Below the pieces are notes generated by a model. It had not been told where the DNA came from. It ran no database searches and saw only the letters and a program-made list of their open reading frames with translations. Shown here piece by piece: positions 1-9,175 of a stretch of 32,000 nt of DNA. The stretch is taken from contig OY780959.1 of assembly GCA_963675915.1 (NCBI GenBank), forward strand, positions 2,070,001 to 2,102,000, read 5' to 3'. The DNA comes from Coprobacillaceae bacterium (GTDB taxonomy: Bacteria > Bacillota_I > Bacilli_A > Erysipelotrichales > Coprobacillaceae). Positions within the stretch are counted from its first letter, which is position 1; every line of letters starts with the position of its first letter. The position numbers and the translations under genes were made by a program.

Positions 1-251
1 ATCAAAATACATAGATTCCACCTCAAATCGAATCTTAACAAAATCTTAAGAAGTTGTCAAATTTCTAAATTAATTTTATACACAATTAGCCATTTATTCA
101 GGTAAATACGACATTTATCCATTAATAACCGGTATCATTTTAGGCGTATCCTAAATAAAAACCATCCCAAATAGCTAATTTTAACCTGAAATCAGGGCAA
201 ATTTAACGTTATTTGGGTGGGGGCTTTTTCAAATCTTAATTTAAATATAAC

Positions 252-283
252 AAAAAAAACGCCTGATGGATACCCATCAAACG
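252..283 (-). terminator. Intrinsic terminator, now separated from the prs-operon tail by the ISL3 insertion
   Basis: The minus strand reads CGTTTGATGG-gtat-CCATCAGGCG, a 10-bp stem including two G-U pairs. On the plus strand these two pairs become C-A mismatches, so the hairpin is strand-specific. It is followed by T8 (complement of 252-259). No minus-strand gene lies directly upstream except across the IS element. Confidence 0.5.
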
Positions 284-536
284 CTTTTTGAGTATCTAAG
301 ATAGTTTAATATTGCCGCTCCGAACAATATGAGTGATGGTTTACTTTTGTAGGACCATTTATTAGCTACAACGATTGTTGAGGTGTAATTCTAAAAAACA
401 GGCTTAGCTCCATGATTCATTTTGGTGCTTTGCCTGTTTTTTTGGTATCATATTAGTATATAAACATCTTTTAGAAAGGAAAAAAGATAGAAATCTCCCC
501 TACCAAGTTTGATTTCTATCTGCTCATAAGAACAAT

Positions 537-950
537 ATGATAATAATAAAAAATGAAACAAAAATCAAGTATATCAACCAAAAATCCTACTCCAACACAG
601 TTAATTCAATCAATTTTTCACAAATGAGCTGCTCTTGTGGTGCGACAAACTCTTTCAAGACACATTCCTACTACGTTAGAAATGTGTCGTTTTTAGGTCT
701 CAAATTCAAAATTAGGATCATGAGGCTCATTTGCGGGGACTGCGGTAGAACTCATGCCATCCTGATTGAATCAATGGTTCCATTCTCAATTTTGTCAAAA
801 GATGACATAGTTTCTATCATTGTAAACAACAACCATTACGATCCTTCGTATCTCAGTTATCTGCGGCAGTCTTTCGACATCAATCTAAGCTATGAAGATT
901 TTTGTATTCTAAAATCAAGAAAATTTGACTGTATCTTCATTACCACATAA
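537..950 (+). CDS. Small Zn-ribbon protein, probably DUF6431-like and IS-associated
   Basis: 137-aa ORF inside the IS, upstream of and co-oriented with the transposase. It has the Cys pattern CxC...CxxCGRTHAIL, which I remember as typical of transposase-adjacent DUF6431 proteins. No search was run. Confidence 0.55.
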   Translation: MIIIKNETKIKYINQKSYSNTVNSINFSQMSCSCGATNSFKTHSYYVRNVSFLGLKFKIRIMRLICGDCGRTHAILIESMVPFSILSKDDIVSIIVNNNHYDPSYLSYLRQSFDINLSYEDFCILKSRKFDCIFITT

Positions 951-1018
951 CTTTCATACGATTAAACCGGGTTTATTTGTACAATCTACTTGTAAAATGA
1001 ATTTTAGGAGGAAAACGT

Positions 1019-2437
1019 ATGGAATCGAATAATAAGTCTAATCTTTCTACGTGTTTGGCGACGAATCCTAACACGGGTGCGTCTATTGATGACATTTATA
1101 TTAGAAAACTATTCAATCTTGAAGACAAACGGATTAAGAAAATCCATGTCAATCATCAGTTTGATGGTGTTCATGTGTATGTTGAACTTGAATGTGTCCC
1201 CCACATATGCCCGGTCTGCGGAACCGAGACCACCATCGTCAATAACTACGTTAACAAGAAAATAACCCACTCTATCCTAAATGGTATTCCTTGCTATATC
1301 AACTACCATGCCCGCAGGCACAAATGCCCCGCCTGCAACAAAACATTCTATGAACACAATCCGTTCACCCTCAAAGGTATGAAAATCTCTTTGGCGACCG
1401 TATATAATGTCCTGAAGGATTTGAAATCGTTTAATGAAACATTCAAGAGCGTTGCTTATCGTCACAACATATCGCCCACCACAGTTGCTTCGATATTTGA
1501 CAAGCATGTAAGAGTATCAAGAAGAACGCTGCCGGAGTATATCTGCATTGATGAAGTTTATGCCTTCAAATCGAAAAGAAGCAACTATGTTTGCGTGCTG
1601 CTTGATTATCAAAACCAGAAAATAATTGATCTGTTGCCAGATCGAAAAAAGTACAGTTTGCTTAACTACTTCACCCTGATTCCCAGGAAAGAACGGGAAA
1701 TAGTTAAAGTCGTATCAACTGATATGTGGGAAACTTATCGAATCGTAAGCAAGCGTGTATTCCCAAATGCCGTTGTGGCCTGTGACAAGTTTCATGTAAT
1801 CCAGGAGCTTACCAAGAAGGTTGACAGAGTTAGAATCGATGTTATGAACAAGGTCAAAGTCCCACCAAATATAATTAAGGAGAATCTCACCCCAAAAGAG
1901 ATTGTAGAAATCAAAGAACGTAAGAAGCAATATTATGTGCTCAAAAAATTCAATTGGCTTCTTTACAAGAATGATCCAAAGATATTCGATCCGAACGTCA
2001 AAAAGAAATACAATAGAGTGCTTGAAGGTTATTACAATCCCTATGATCTTCTTGACTACATAATGAAAATCGACCCACAACTCGAAGAAGCTGTAGATTT
2101 AAAAGATGAAGTAATAAGATTCTTTAAAAAGAGCAATTATAAAACAGCGAAACGGAACCTTGAGGAAATAATTGACGAATTTAGAAAAAGCAATGTAAAA
2201 GGAATGAACGATTTCGCTAATACGATGGTTAGGTGGAAGAACGAAATAATCAATTCGTTCATCGAAATAACCAAAGGTCATAAAATCAATAATGGAATAA
2301 TCGAAAACAGAAACAAAACCATAAAAAGCATCAAACGAAACGCCAATGGCTATAATAACTGGGAAAGATTCCGAAGCAGGGTGCTATATGTCTTGAACGA
2401 TGATGTGAATTACTATATCTACCCCTCGACAAAATGA
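1019..2437 (+). CDS. ISL3 family transposase
   Basis: 472 aa with an AGGAGG-like RBS (aggagga) upstream. The N-terminus has a double zinc-finger (CPVCG...H, CPACN) followed by a DDE_Tnp_ISL3-like body (ICIDEV..., VSTDMW..., ACDKFHV..., NNGIIENRNKTIK). Confidence 0.9.
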   Translation: MESNNKSNLSTCLATNPNTGASIDDIYIRKLFNLEDKRIKKIHVNHQFDGVHVYVELECVPHICPVCGTETTIVNNYVNKKITHSILNGIPCYINYHARRHKCPACNKTFYEHNPFTLKGMKISLATVYNVLKDLKSFNETFKSVAYRHNISPTTVASIFDKHVRVSRRTLPEYICIDEVYAFKSKRSNYVCVLLDYQNQKIIDLLPDRKKYSLLNYFTLIPRKEREIVKVVSTDMWETYRIVSKRVFPNAVVACDKFHVIQELTKKVDRVRIDVMNKVKVPPNIIKENLTPKEIVEIKERKKQYYVLKKFNWLLYKNDPKIFDPNVKKKYNRVLEGYYNPYDLLDYIMKIDPQLEEAVDLKDEVIRFFKKSNYKTAKRNLEEIIDEFRKSNVKGMNDFANTMVRWKNEIINSFIEITKGHKINNGIIENRNKTIKSIKRNANGYNNWERFRSRVLYVLNDDVNYYIYPSTK

Positions 2438-2591
2438 AAAAGTGACTGGAAATCATACGATTTCCAGTCACCCTATTGTGGCTCTAATCATTCATGAGGT
2501 AGTAAGCACATCAAATAATTCTATTGCTTATAACAAGTGCTACCTCAAGTTATTTTAGAGTACCCGCTTTTTTTAATGTCAAATCTAATTT

Positions 2592-3047
2592 TTAAACACA
2601 TTTGCTTACAATATTGTTAGCCCATTGCACAATCGGGATGACATATTTTTGATAATTGTCAGAAACGTCATTGATTGCCAGTGATCCCAAAATCTCCTGA
2701 TTTTCAAGGGTTCGCAACAAAAGTCTGTTGGCAAATCGTTTGCGGTTGTTCTCGATATAGAAATAAGCAAATTTCTTGGAACCAAAATCATACCGCTGCA
2801 ATAACTCACTCAATATTTTGACATAATTCTTGTCTAAAGTTTCAATTCCCAGAACAATCAAATCATAGTTATCAAAATCTATTTCATTAATATCGAAATA
2901 GATATTCTTGGGTCCAAACAGACCTAAGAAATTGTTATCGACCGAATAACACAACTGTTCTTTTTTTGCACAAAAGGACTTTGCCAACAAATTCGTTACA
3001 TCTTCAATTTCACCGTTGGGCGAATTTGATAATAAGAGTACATTCAT
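2592..3047 (-). CDS. Hypothetical protein with weak flavodoxin-fold-like features
   Basis: 151-aa ORF with AGGAGA 7 nt upstream of the ATG, located downstream of prs. MNVLLLSNSPNG and YDLIVLGIET resemble flavodoxin-like strand/loop patterns, but there is no clear FMN-binding loop. Function unknown. Confidence 0.6.
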   Translation of the reverse strand: MNVLLLSNSPNGEIEDVTNLLAKSFCAKKEQLCYSVDNNFLGLFGPKNIYFDINEIDFDNYDLIVLGIETLDKNYVKILSELLQRYDFGSKKFAYFYIENNRKRFANRLLLRTLENQEILGSLAINDVSDNYQKYVIPIVQWANNIVSKCV

Positions 3048-3136
3048 ATGTCATCTCCTGTAAAATATTTGGTCAATCTTCCTTTATTACCTGAATTAGT
3101 GCGAAGAAACCTCCGCACCAACCAGTTGCTTTTATA

Positions 3137-4087
3137 TTATAAAGTAAATTCTTCGAATACGTTAGATACCGGCAAATTGTTTTCCACATGTTCAATTGTT
3201 TTTGCCAATAATGAATCCACAGAAACAATGCTCAGTTTAGGGAATTTTTTCTCTTCACTAACTGCGATTGTATCTGTTACAACAACTTCGATAGCCGAAC
3301 AGTTTTGCAGTCTTTCTCTAGCTGGACCAGAGAATACGGCATGGGTACAAGCTACAAATACGTTTTTAGCCCCTTTGTTGATCAGCATTTCAATCCCGGC
3401 AGTGATAGTACCTCCGGTATCAATCATGTCGTCAATAACGATACAGTTTTTCCCTTCGACATCACCAAGGACTCCCATGACTTCAGCCACATTTGGCTTT
3501 GGACGACGTTTGTCGATGATTGCAACAGGTGCATCGAGAGCCTGCGCCATTTTTCTAGCACGGTTAGCACCACCGTGGTCAGGTGAAACTACGACGATAT
3601 CATCCAAACCTTTATTTCTGAAGTATGTAGTCAATAATGGCAGAGCTTGCATATCATCAACAGGAATGTTGAAGAATCCTTGCAACTGAGCAGCATGTAA
3701 GTCGACTGTGATTACTCGGTCAACTCCTGCTGTAGTAAGAAGATCCGCTACCAATCGGGCAGTGATTGGTTGACGAGGTCTTGCTTTACGGTCTTGACGC
3801 GCATATCCAAAGTATGGCATCACTGCAGTGATGTTGTTGGCAGACGCACGTTTCAGGGCATCACATAACACCAGGATTTCCATCAGATTGTCAGTTACTG
3901 GTGAAGATGTCGATTGGATGATGTATACATCTTTCCCACGAACTGACTCGTCGATTTCAACCAGGATTTCTCCATCGGCAAAGTGACGTACTTCGCATTT
4001 ACCTACATCAGTACCTAATTTTTTAGCAATCGATTGAGCAAGATCCTTACTCGAACTTAAAGAGAAAATTGTAATTTTGTTTTTCAT
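3137..4087 (-). CDS. prs: Ribose-phosphate pyrophosphokinase
   Basis: 316 aa. Classic Prs motifs are present: YFGYARQDRK, VTVDLHA, and the PRPP-binding loop CIVIDDMIDTGGT. Confidence 0.95.
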   Translation of the reverse strand: MKNKITIFSLSSSKDLAQSIAKKLGTDVGKCEVRHFADGEILVEIDESVRGKDVYIIQSTSSPVTDNLMEILVLCDALKRASANNITAVMPYFGYARQDRKARPRQPITARLVADLLTTAGVDRVITVDLHAAQLQGFFNIPVDDMQALPLLTTYFRNKGLDDIVVVSPDHGGANRARKMAQALDAPVAIIDKRRPKPNVAEVMGVLGDVEGKNCIVIDDMIDTGGTITAGIEMLINKGAKNVFVACTHAVFSGPARERLQNCSAIEVVVTDTIAVSEEKKFPKLSIVSVDSLLAKTIEHVENNLPVSNVFEEFTL

Positions 4088-4100
4088 TTTGGGCTCCTAA

Positions 4101-5474
4101 CTACTTCTTGTTTCTTTTGTTTTCTAATACTTTGGCATAACCTTTTTTGGTAACCTGACGGTTTCTGGCAATTGCGAAATCATCTTCCTCGATATCATCA
4201 GTAATTGTCGATCCGGCCGCGACAAACGAACCTTTACCAACAGTTACCGGTGCGATCAGATTTGAATTGCAGCCAATAAAAGCATTGTCTTCGATAATTG
4301 TTTTAAATTTGTTTTTCCCATCATAATTAACTGTAATGGTACCACACCCGATATTGACATCTTCACCAACCTTGGCATCGCCAATGTAAGTTAAGTGAGC
4401 CGCTTTCGATCCTTTGCCGAATGTCGCATTTTTCATTTCGACGAAATTGCCCATATGAACATCTTCCAAGATGTGGCAATTTTTTCTTAAACGGACATAA
4501 GGACCCATGTCCACGCCTGACTCGATAATTGAATCATGGATAACCGAAAATTTGATTTCGATATTATCCTTCAGGGTCGAATCTACTATCTCACAATTTG
4601 GGCCAATATGGCAATTTTCACCGATAACGGTGTCACCCCGGATAATACATCCTGGTTCTATGACTGTATTTTTGCCGATTACAACATTACTTGAAACATA
4701 GGTGTTATCCTTATCCACTATCTGGACCCCATCCATCATCAAGTCCCTGTTGACTCTTTGTTGCATCGCTTTTGTTGCCAATGACAACTCATAAAGATTG
4801 TTGATTCCCCCGACTTCGTTCAAATCCGGAATCTTGTAAGCTCCGACTTTCAGACTCGCATCATTCATGACCTTGATCACGTCAGTGATGTAGTACTCGT
4901 TTTGGGCATTATTGGAATCAATTTTCTCCAATGACTTGAACAGTTCAATATTGTCAAAACAATATTCGCCTACGTTCATTTCTTCAATCATTCTTTGATC
5001 TGCGGTTGCGTCCTTATATTCAACAATTCCGACAACCTGACCTTCTTCTTTGATTATTCTTCCAAAGCGGGAATCCAGATCACAATCGCAAGTCATGACC
5101 GTACCCTTCAATTCATTTGAATTGTGATATTCGATCAGCTTGTCCAATGTCTCTTTGGTGATAAGTGGGGCATCACCATTCAAGATAATCGTCGTACCTT
5201 GCTTGTCTTCAAGAAGTTCTTTTGCCTGCATAATTGCATGACCAGTTCCCAGTTGCTCTTCCTGGTAAACGAATGTAACTCCTTCAACAGTCTCTTTGAC
5301 GATTTCCGCTTTATATCCGACAACAACAAATATCTCATCGATACTCATTTGCTTAAGTTGTCTTACAATATGACCGATCATGGGTTCATAAAGAACTTCA
5401 TGGACTACTTTCGGTTTGTCCGACTTCATTCTTGTTCCCTTGCCAGCCGCTAGGACTATTGCATATGTTTTCAT
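4101..5474 (-). CDS. glmU: Bifunctional UDP-N-acetylglucosamine pyrophosphorylase / glucosamine-1-phosphate N-acetyltransferase
   Basis: 457 aa. N-terminal LAAGKGTRMKS nucleotidyltransferase motif and C-terminal left-handed beta-helix hexapeptide repeats. Conserved glmU-prs adjacency. Confidence 0.95.
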   Translation of the reverse strand: MKTYAIVLAAGKGTRMKSDKPKVVHEVLYEPMIGHIVRQLKQMSIDEIFVVVGYKAEIVKETVEGVTFVYQEEQLGTGHAIMQAKELLEDKQGTTIILNGDAPLITKETLDKLIEYHNSNELKGTVMTCDCDLDSRFGRIIKEEGQVVGIVEYKDATADQRMIEEMNVGEYCFDNIELFKSLEKIDSNNAQNEYYITDVIKVMNDASLKVGAYKIPDLNEVGGINNLYELSLATKAMQQRVNRDLMMDGVQIVDKDNTYVSSNVVIGKNTVIEPGCIIRGDTVIGENCHIGPNCEIVDSTLKDNIEIKFSVIHDSIIESGVDMGPYVRLRKNCHILEDVHMGNFVEMKNATFGKGSKAAHLTYIGDAKVGEDVNIGCGTITVNYDGKNKFKTIIEDNAFIGCNSNLIAPVTVGKGSFVAAGSTITDDIEEDDFAIARNRQVTKKGYAKVLENKRNKK

Positions 5475-5535
5475 TAATTTCCGCCTTTCAACTCATCATT
5501 CTAACTAAAAACCTTTGATTATTCAACACTATTTT

Positions 5536-6393
5536 CTATTTTTTATTCAATAAAGCGCTTTTTCTCACAAACACTTTTTCGTTACTGAAATATTTATTTC
5601 CCTTTTCCAACACTTCGAGATCCCTAGTGATGCCAAAAACACAGCTTCCCGAACCGGTCATCATGGCATTGTCAAATCCCAGTTCCATTAATTTATCCTT
5701 GATATCCTGGATTTCAGGTACGGATTTTATTGCCCCGAGCTCGAGGGAATTTTTCATGTTTTCAACGACCATCCGATAGTCGTCACTATTGATTCCCTTT
5801 ACCATATTTTCACAATCCTGATGCTCGATTTCCTCAATTTTAAGACCCTCGAAAGCTTTCTTTGTACTTACTCCTTTACGGGGCTTGACCAAAAGAATAT
5901 GAGCTTCAAATTTTTTATCGATAAAATGCAGCTTCTCTCCAATTCCCTCTACATAAGCAAAGCGATTATAGACACAAAATGGAATATCCGCTCCAATTTC
6001 TTTACCGATTTGAGCAAGTTGCTCATTGGTCAGGTTGAGTTCATATAATTTATTCATGGCATGCAAAATCGCCGCACCATCCGCTGATCCGCCTCCAAGT
6101 CCGGCCTGGGTCGGAATGTGTTTGTAAATAAATATTTCGACACCGCCATCGATATTGAACATTTCTTTCATCCTGACGACAACTTTGTACATAATATTCT
6201 TTTTATTGGTTGGCAAAATGCTGCTGTTTGATTTAATTATGATTCCTTTTTCCGTCTTGTTGACATAGATAAGATCATGAAGTGTGATTGGTGCCATGAC
6301 CATTTGAAGATCATGATAGCCATCCGCCCTTTTTCCCACAACGTCAAGAGCCAGGTTTATTTTTGCGTATGCTCTAATTTTCATCATTTTCAC
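5536..6393 (-). CDS. ispE: 4-diphosphocytidyl-2-C-methyl-D-erythritol kinase
   Basis: 285 aa. AKINL start motif and GHMP kinase motif PTQAGLGGGSADGAA. It overlaps the rsmA 3' end by 20 nt, so the start may be one of the nearby downstream ATGs (6387 or 6384). Confidence 0.9.
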   Translation of the reverse strand: MKMMKIRAYAKINLALDVVGKRADGYHDLQMVMAPITLHDLIYVNKTEKGIIIKSNSSILPTNKKNIMYKVVVRMKEMFNIDGGVEIFIYKHIPTQAGLGGGSADGAAILHAMNKLYELNLTNEQLAQIGKEIGADIPFCVYNRFAYVEGIGEKLHFIDKKFEAHILLVKPRKGVSTKKAFEGLKIEEIEHQDCENMVKGINSDDYRMVVENMKNSLELGAIKSVPEIQDIKDKLMELGFDNAMMTGSGSCVFGITRDLEVLEKGNKYFSNEKVFVRKSALLNKK

Positions 6394-7201
6394 CTATTAC
6401 AGCAAGAATTCTTAGGTAATCTCCGATTTCGAGTTGTTCACTGCGCATATTTTCAGCTATTTGTGATTTCTCAAGAATTTCTCTAGCGTCCGGATATTCC
6501 TGCTTCAAATTATTATATATAGTCTTACGCCGCTGTTTGAAACACACTTCCAGCAACTGGAGCAATTTGATATTGGGCTCCTTTTCAATTATTATTTTCA
6601 AGATAGCACTATCGACTCGCGGTTTGGGAATGAATACGTTTTTACTGACTGTGAATAAATATTCACTTTTACCAAGATAATCAACCATCATGATAATCGG
6701 ATTTTTATACTTGGATGTGAATTTTAAAGCTACTTCTTTTTGAACCATCAGAACCATCGCATCGACTCTCGCTCCACTTTCAATAACCTTCTCGATTATT
6801 TTCGTGGTTATATAGTAAGGAATATTGGCAACAATCAATACCCGACTGTAGTTCTGTTTGAGTTCTTCAATTTTGACTGCAATATCTACTGTCAAAAAAT
6901 CAGTGAAATTGATCTCAACATTGTCGAAGTTCAAAAATTCCTGATACACATCTTTGAATCTTTCATCTATTTCAAAACATACCACTTTCCCGGCTGATCG
7001 TTGGAGAATCTGGGTCATTGCTCCGATTCCCGGTCCGATTTCAATGACACAGGTTTCTTCGTCGATTCTTTCGCTGCTGACAATTTTTTCAACGATATTG
7101 CTGTCAATCAAGAAATTCTGACCAAATTTCTTCAGCGCTCTTAAGTTATATTTCTCCAAAATGTATTCGGTAGTCTTTATCGTTGCAATTTCTTTCATCA
7201 A
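6374..7201 (-). CDS. rsmA: 16S rRNA (adenine1518/1519-N6)-dimethyltransferase
   Basis: 275 aa. KKFGQNFL motif, SAM-binding EIGPGIGAMT, and NIPYYITT motif. Confidence 0.95.
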   Translation of the reverse strand: MMKEIATIKTTEYILEKYNLRALKKFGQNFLIDSNIVEKIVSSERIDEETCVIEIGPGIGAMTQILQRSAGKVVCFEIDERFKDVYQEFLNFDNVEINFTDFLTVDIAVKIEELKQNYSRVLIVANIPYYITTKIIEKVIESGARVDAMVLMVQKEVALKFTSKYKNPIIMMVDYLGKSEYLFTVSKNVFIPKPRVDSAILKIIIEKEPNIKLLQLLEVCFKQRRKTIYNNLKQEYPDAREILEKSQIAENMRSEQLEIGDYLRILAVIGENDEN

Positions 7202-7725
7202 TCTAAAATCTCCTTAACCATATCCTTGGTTATCCCGACCATGTTCATCCGTTTGAACAGTGTCTTCACATTTCCATATCCCAGATTGAAATGATTGTAC
7301 ACCTCAAGACGTCTTTTCTTGTTTCCGACAATATCAAGGTCGAGGAATTCTTTCCAGGTTATGCTGTCATGGGTGCCATTGAAAGTAACAACGCTTTCCA
7401 AAGCCTCTAGAATTGCCTCGGTTCGCCCCTGAGCAATTCCGACTTTCTTCTTACCGCGATAATTATCGATAGCATCCTTTTTGTCGATAAAGGCATGCTT
7501 GCAATTAATGCGATCACTGATTTGTTTTCTTATTCGCATCCCCGGATAGTCCGGATCTGTCAAAACTATTATTCCTCTTGTTTCATTTGTTTTTTCAATC
7601 AGGTCCAATGTCTCTTCTGTCAAATTGAGCCCGTTTGTTTCGATAGTGTCGACGTCCAACAACCTTTTCAGGATTGCCGTATCAGTTTTCCCTTCGACTA
7701 CGATTACTTCAGATATCTTTCTCAT
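7198..7725 (-). CDS. rnmV: Ribonuclease M5 (Toprim domain)
   Basis: 175 aa. VVEGKTD and LTDPDYPG Toprim motifs. A 4-nt ATGA overlap with rsmA gives the conserved rnmV-ksgA arrangement. Confidence 0.9.
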   Translation of the reverse strand: MRKISEVIVVEGKTDTAILKRLLDVDTIETNGLNLTEETLDLIEKTNETRGIIVLTDPDYPGMRIRKQISDRINCKHAFIDKKDAIDNYRGKKKVGIAQGRTEAILEALESVVTFNGTHDSITWKEFLDLDIVGNKKRRLEVYNHFNLGYGNVKTLFKRMNMVGITKDMVKEILD

Positions 7726-7794
7726 AAAACCACCTTGAATATTAATATTTGCTCCATTTGCTAAAATGAACGCAAAATTCTATCTTACCTTGAT

Positions 7795-7803
7795 ATTATA
7801 GCA
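7795..7803 (-). promoter_or_regulatory. Candidate extended -10 promoter for the rnmV-rsmA-ispE-glmU-prs cluster
   Basis: The minus strand reads TGCTATAAT (TGnTATAAT) about 70 nt upstream of the rnmV ATG. I saw no convincing -35. Confidence 0.3.
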
Positions 7804-7948
7804 TAAACAATTTTTTATTTGACCAAATTAAGGCGATATTTGTCAATATTGTCATATTTTCAAAACCATGATAAGCGCCTTGGCATTGAATATCCCATCC
7901 TGAGGATGACTACCATTCAAATTATAAGTGAATTATTTAATCGGATCT

Positions 7949-7971
7949 AAAAACGACTCCCTAAAGGAGTC
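7949..7971 (-). terminator. Intrinsic terminator after the chromate-transporter pair
   Basis: GACTCC-tttag-GGAGTC hairpin (7955-7971) directly after the stop at 7976, followed on the minus strand by GTTTTT. Confidence 0.55.
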
Positions 7972-7975
7972 ATTT

Positions 7976-8533
7976 TTAAACCAGCAAGTATAACACACCA
8001 CCGACAAATCCCGAAATCAACATTACAATTACCGGATTCAATTTAAATTTTCGTAACGCCACCAAACTTATAGCAAAAATGATAATTCCAATCCAATTGA
8101 GATTGGACCAAGCATATTTCGTATCTTCAAAAATAACCAGCCTCATAATATTGATACCTGCACTGGCAATCAAAGCCACCACGGCCGGACGTAACGATTT
8201 CAAGATTGACTCCATCAAATCAAATTCCTTGTACCGGTTATAGATAAACAAAAGCATGTAGACCATCAGTATCCCCGGCAGGACACATCCAACTGTTGCC
8301 GCAACCGCCCCGATAAGACCACCTAACTTCAAGCCGACAAATGTAGCAGAATTTATTGCAATTGGTCCCGGAGTCATCTGCGCAATTGAAATCAGGTCGG
8401 TGAATTCATTTAACGAAATCCAGCTGTTAATCTCGACAATTTCCTGTTGAATAAGTGGAAGTGCTGCCAACCCACCCCCAAATGAAAACAGGCCAACTCT
8501 AAAAAAAGCCAAAAACAGATTCAAGTACATCAT
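7976..8533 (-). CDS. Chromate transporter family protein (short-chain CHR, second half)
   Basis: 185-aa polytopic membrane protein. FGGGLAALPLIQ and AQMTPGPIAIN motifs are typical of the ChrA family. Paired with an upstream homolog, as in YwrA/YwrB. Confidence 0.85.
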   Translation of the reverse strand: MMYLNLFLAFFRVGLFSFGGGLAALPLIQQEIVEINSWISLNEFTDLISIAQMTPGPIAINSATFVGLKLGGLIGAVAATVGCVLPGILMVYMLLFIYNRYKEFDLMESILKSLRPAVVALIASAGINIMRLVIFEDTKYAWSNLNWIGIIIFAISLVALRKFKLNPVIVMLISGFVGGVLYLLV

Positions 8534-9096
8534 TCTTTCACCTCCATTGACCTGGTCAAGCCTCTTGCCAGACCAAAGAGGGCACAGATAAGTATAATCA
8601 ATGCCACGTTGAGACCGAATCCAATCGCTGCGACCAGGCAGACGATTATCAGCAGGTCATTAATCACATCCTGTTCCTTGAGCACGTTTCTGACCAATCT
8701 GATTACGACATTGAATATTACTGCGCATACCGCTGCTCGCATAGCATTCAAAAAAGAATTGACAAAGATATTATCTCTGAATTGATTGTAAAAAATTGAA
8801 ACAATTCCAATTATAAGCAGAGGCGGGATTACCGTTCCGACAATTGCCACCAGACTGCCGACCACGCCTGATATCCGATAGCCAATCAGGATTGAAGTAT
8901 TAACAGCTACCGCCCCCGGTGAGCTTTGAGCTATTGCAATCAAATCAAGCATCTCATTCTCATCAATCCATTTAAGATCTTCAACAAATTTCTTTTGCAT
9001 CAGCGGAACAATCACATAACCCCCTCCAAAGGTAAAGGCCGAAATATACAGTACCGAACTGAATAATATCCATAGTTTTTTCAAGTTATCACCCAC
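8530..9096 (-). CDS. Chromate transporter family protein (short-chain CHR, first half)
   Basis: 188 aa. FGGGYVIVPLMQ and AQSSPGAVAVN motifs. 4-nt overlap with the downstream partner. The start is uncertain: GTG at 9096 or in-frame TTG at 9084. Confidence 0.85.
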   Translation of the reverse strand: MGDNLKKLWILFSSVLYISAFTFGGGYVIVPLMQKKFVEDLKWIDENEMLDLIAIAQSSPGAVAVNTSILIGYRISGVVGSLVAIVGTVIPPLLIIGIVSIFYNQFRDNIFVNSFLNAMRAAVCAVIFNVVIRLVRNVLKEQDVINDLLIIVCLVAAIGFGLNVALIILICALFGLARGLTRSMEVKE

Positions 9097-9175
9097 CCAA
9101 TAGTTTCATTATACACTTTAATGTCAGGATTTCTATCATCTATCAGTAAATAAAAAGGTTTCTTTCATGATTAAC

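Larger units (their letters stand above)
290..2564 (+). mobile_element. ISL3-family insertion sequence carrying an accessory Zn-ribbon ORF plus the transposase
   Basis: It contains the ISL3-type transposase ORF. The left end GAGTATCTAAGATAGTTTAATATTGC and the reverse complement of the right end GGTACTCTAAAATAACTTGAGGTAGC match at 15 of 26 positions without gaps, with a shared core TCTAA.ATA. The right end resembles the GGCTCT-type ISL3 terminus. Putative 8-bp direct repeats cgcttttt lie at 282-289 and 2565-2572. The ends could be off by 1-2 nt because the flanks are T-rich. Confidence 0.6.

Noticed and set aside
84-92. The 9-mer AATTAGCCA, identical to part of the IS1595 terminal inverted repeat, as a possible solo IR remnant.
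   Set aside because: A 9-nt match in 32 kb of AT-rich sequence is within chance expectation, and similarity does not extend beyond it.
54-230. Promoter-like TTGTCA-17 nt-TATACA (54-82), followed by a possible long-range stem (cccaaata/tatttggg, 166-217) and a T-run. This might be a small RNA or a leader.
   Set aside because: The stem is short with a 2x2 mismatch and a 36-nt loop, no conserved RNA motif is recognisable, and the window edge truncates the context. I cannot support it as a feature.
2442-2471. 13-bp perfect hairpin GTGACTGGAAATC-atac-GATTTCCAGTCAC after the ISL3 transposase stop, as a possible intrinsic terminator.
   Set aside because: No T-tract follows it (it continues CCTATTG). 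It may be an IS-internal structure, so I did not call it a terminator. It is mentioned under the ISL3 finding.
3085-3115. 8-bp hairpin GTGCGGAG-gttt-CTTCGCAC (minus strand) between prs and the 151-aa gene, as a possible terminator or attenuator.
   Set aside because: It has no U-tract and a short stem. The downstream gene has its own RBS and is probably co-transcribed, so the evidence is insufficient.
3048-3689. 213-aa plus-strand ORF opposite prs, and similar antisense ORFs opposite glmU, metH (29425-30328), the YitJ-like gene (27058-27480) and the 1408-aa gene.
   Set aside because: All overlap well-supported housekeeping CDSs on the other strand. Their translated products are low-complexity with no recognisable motifs.
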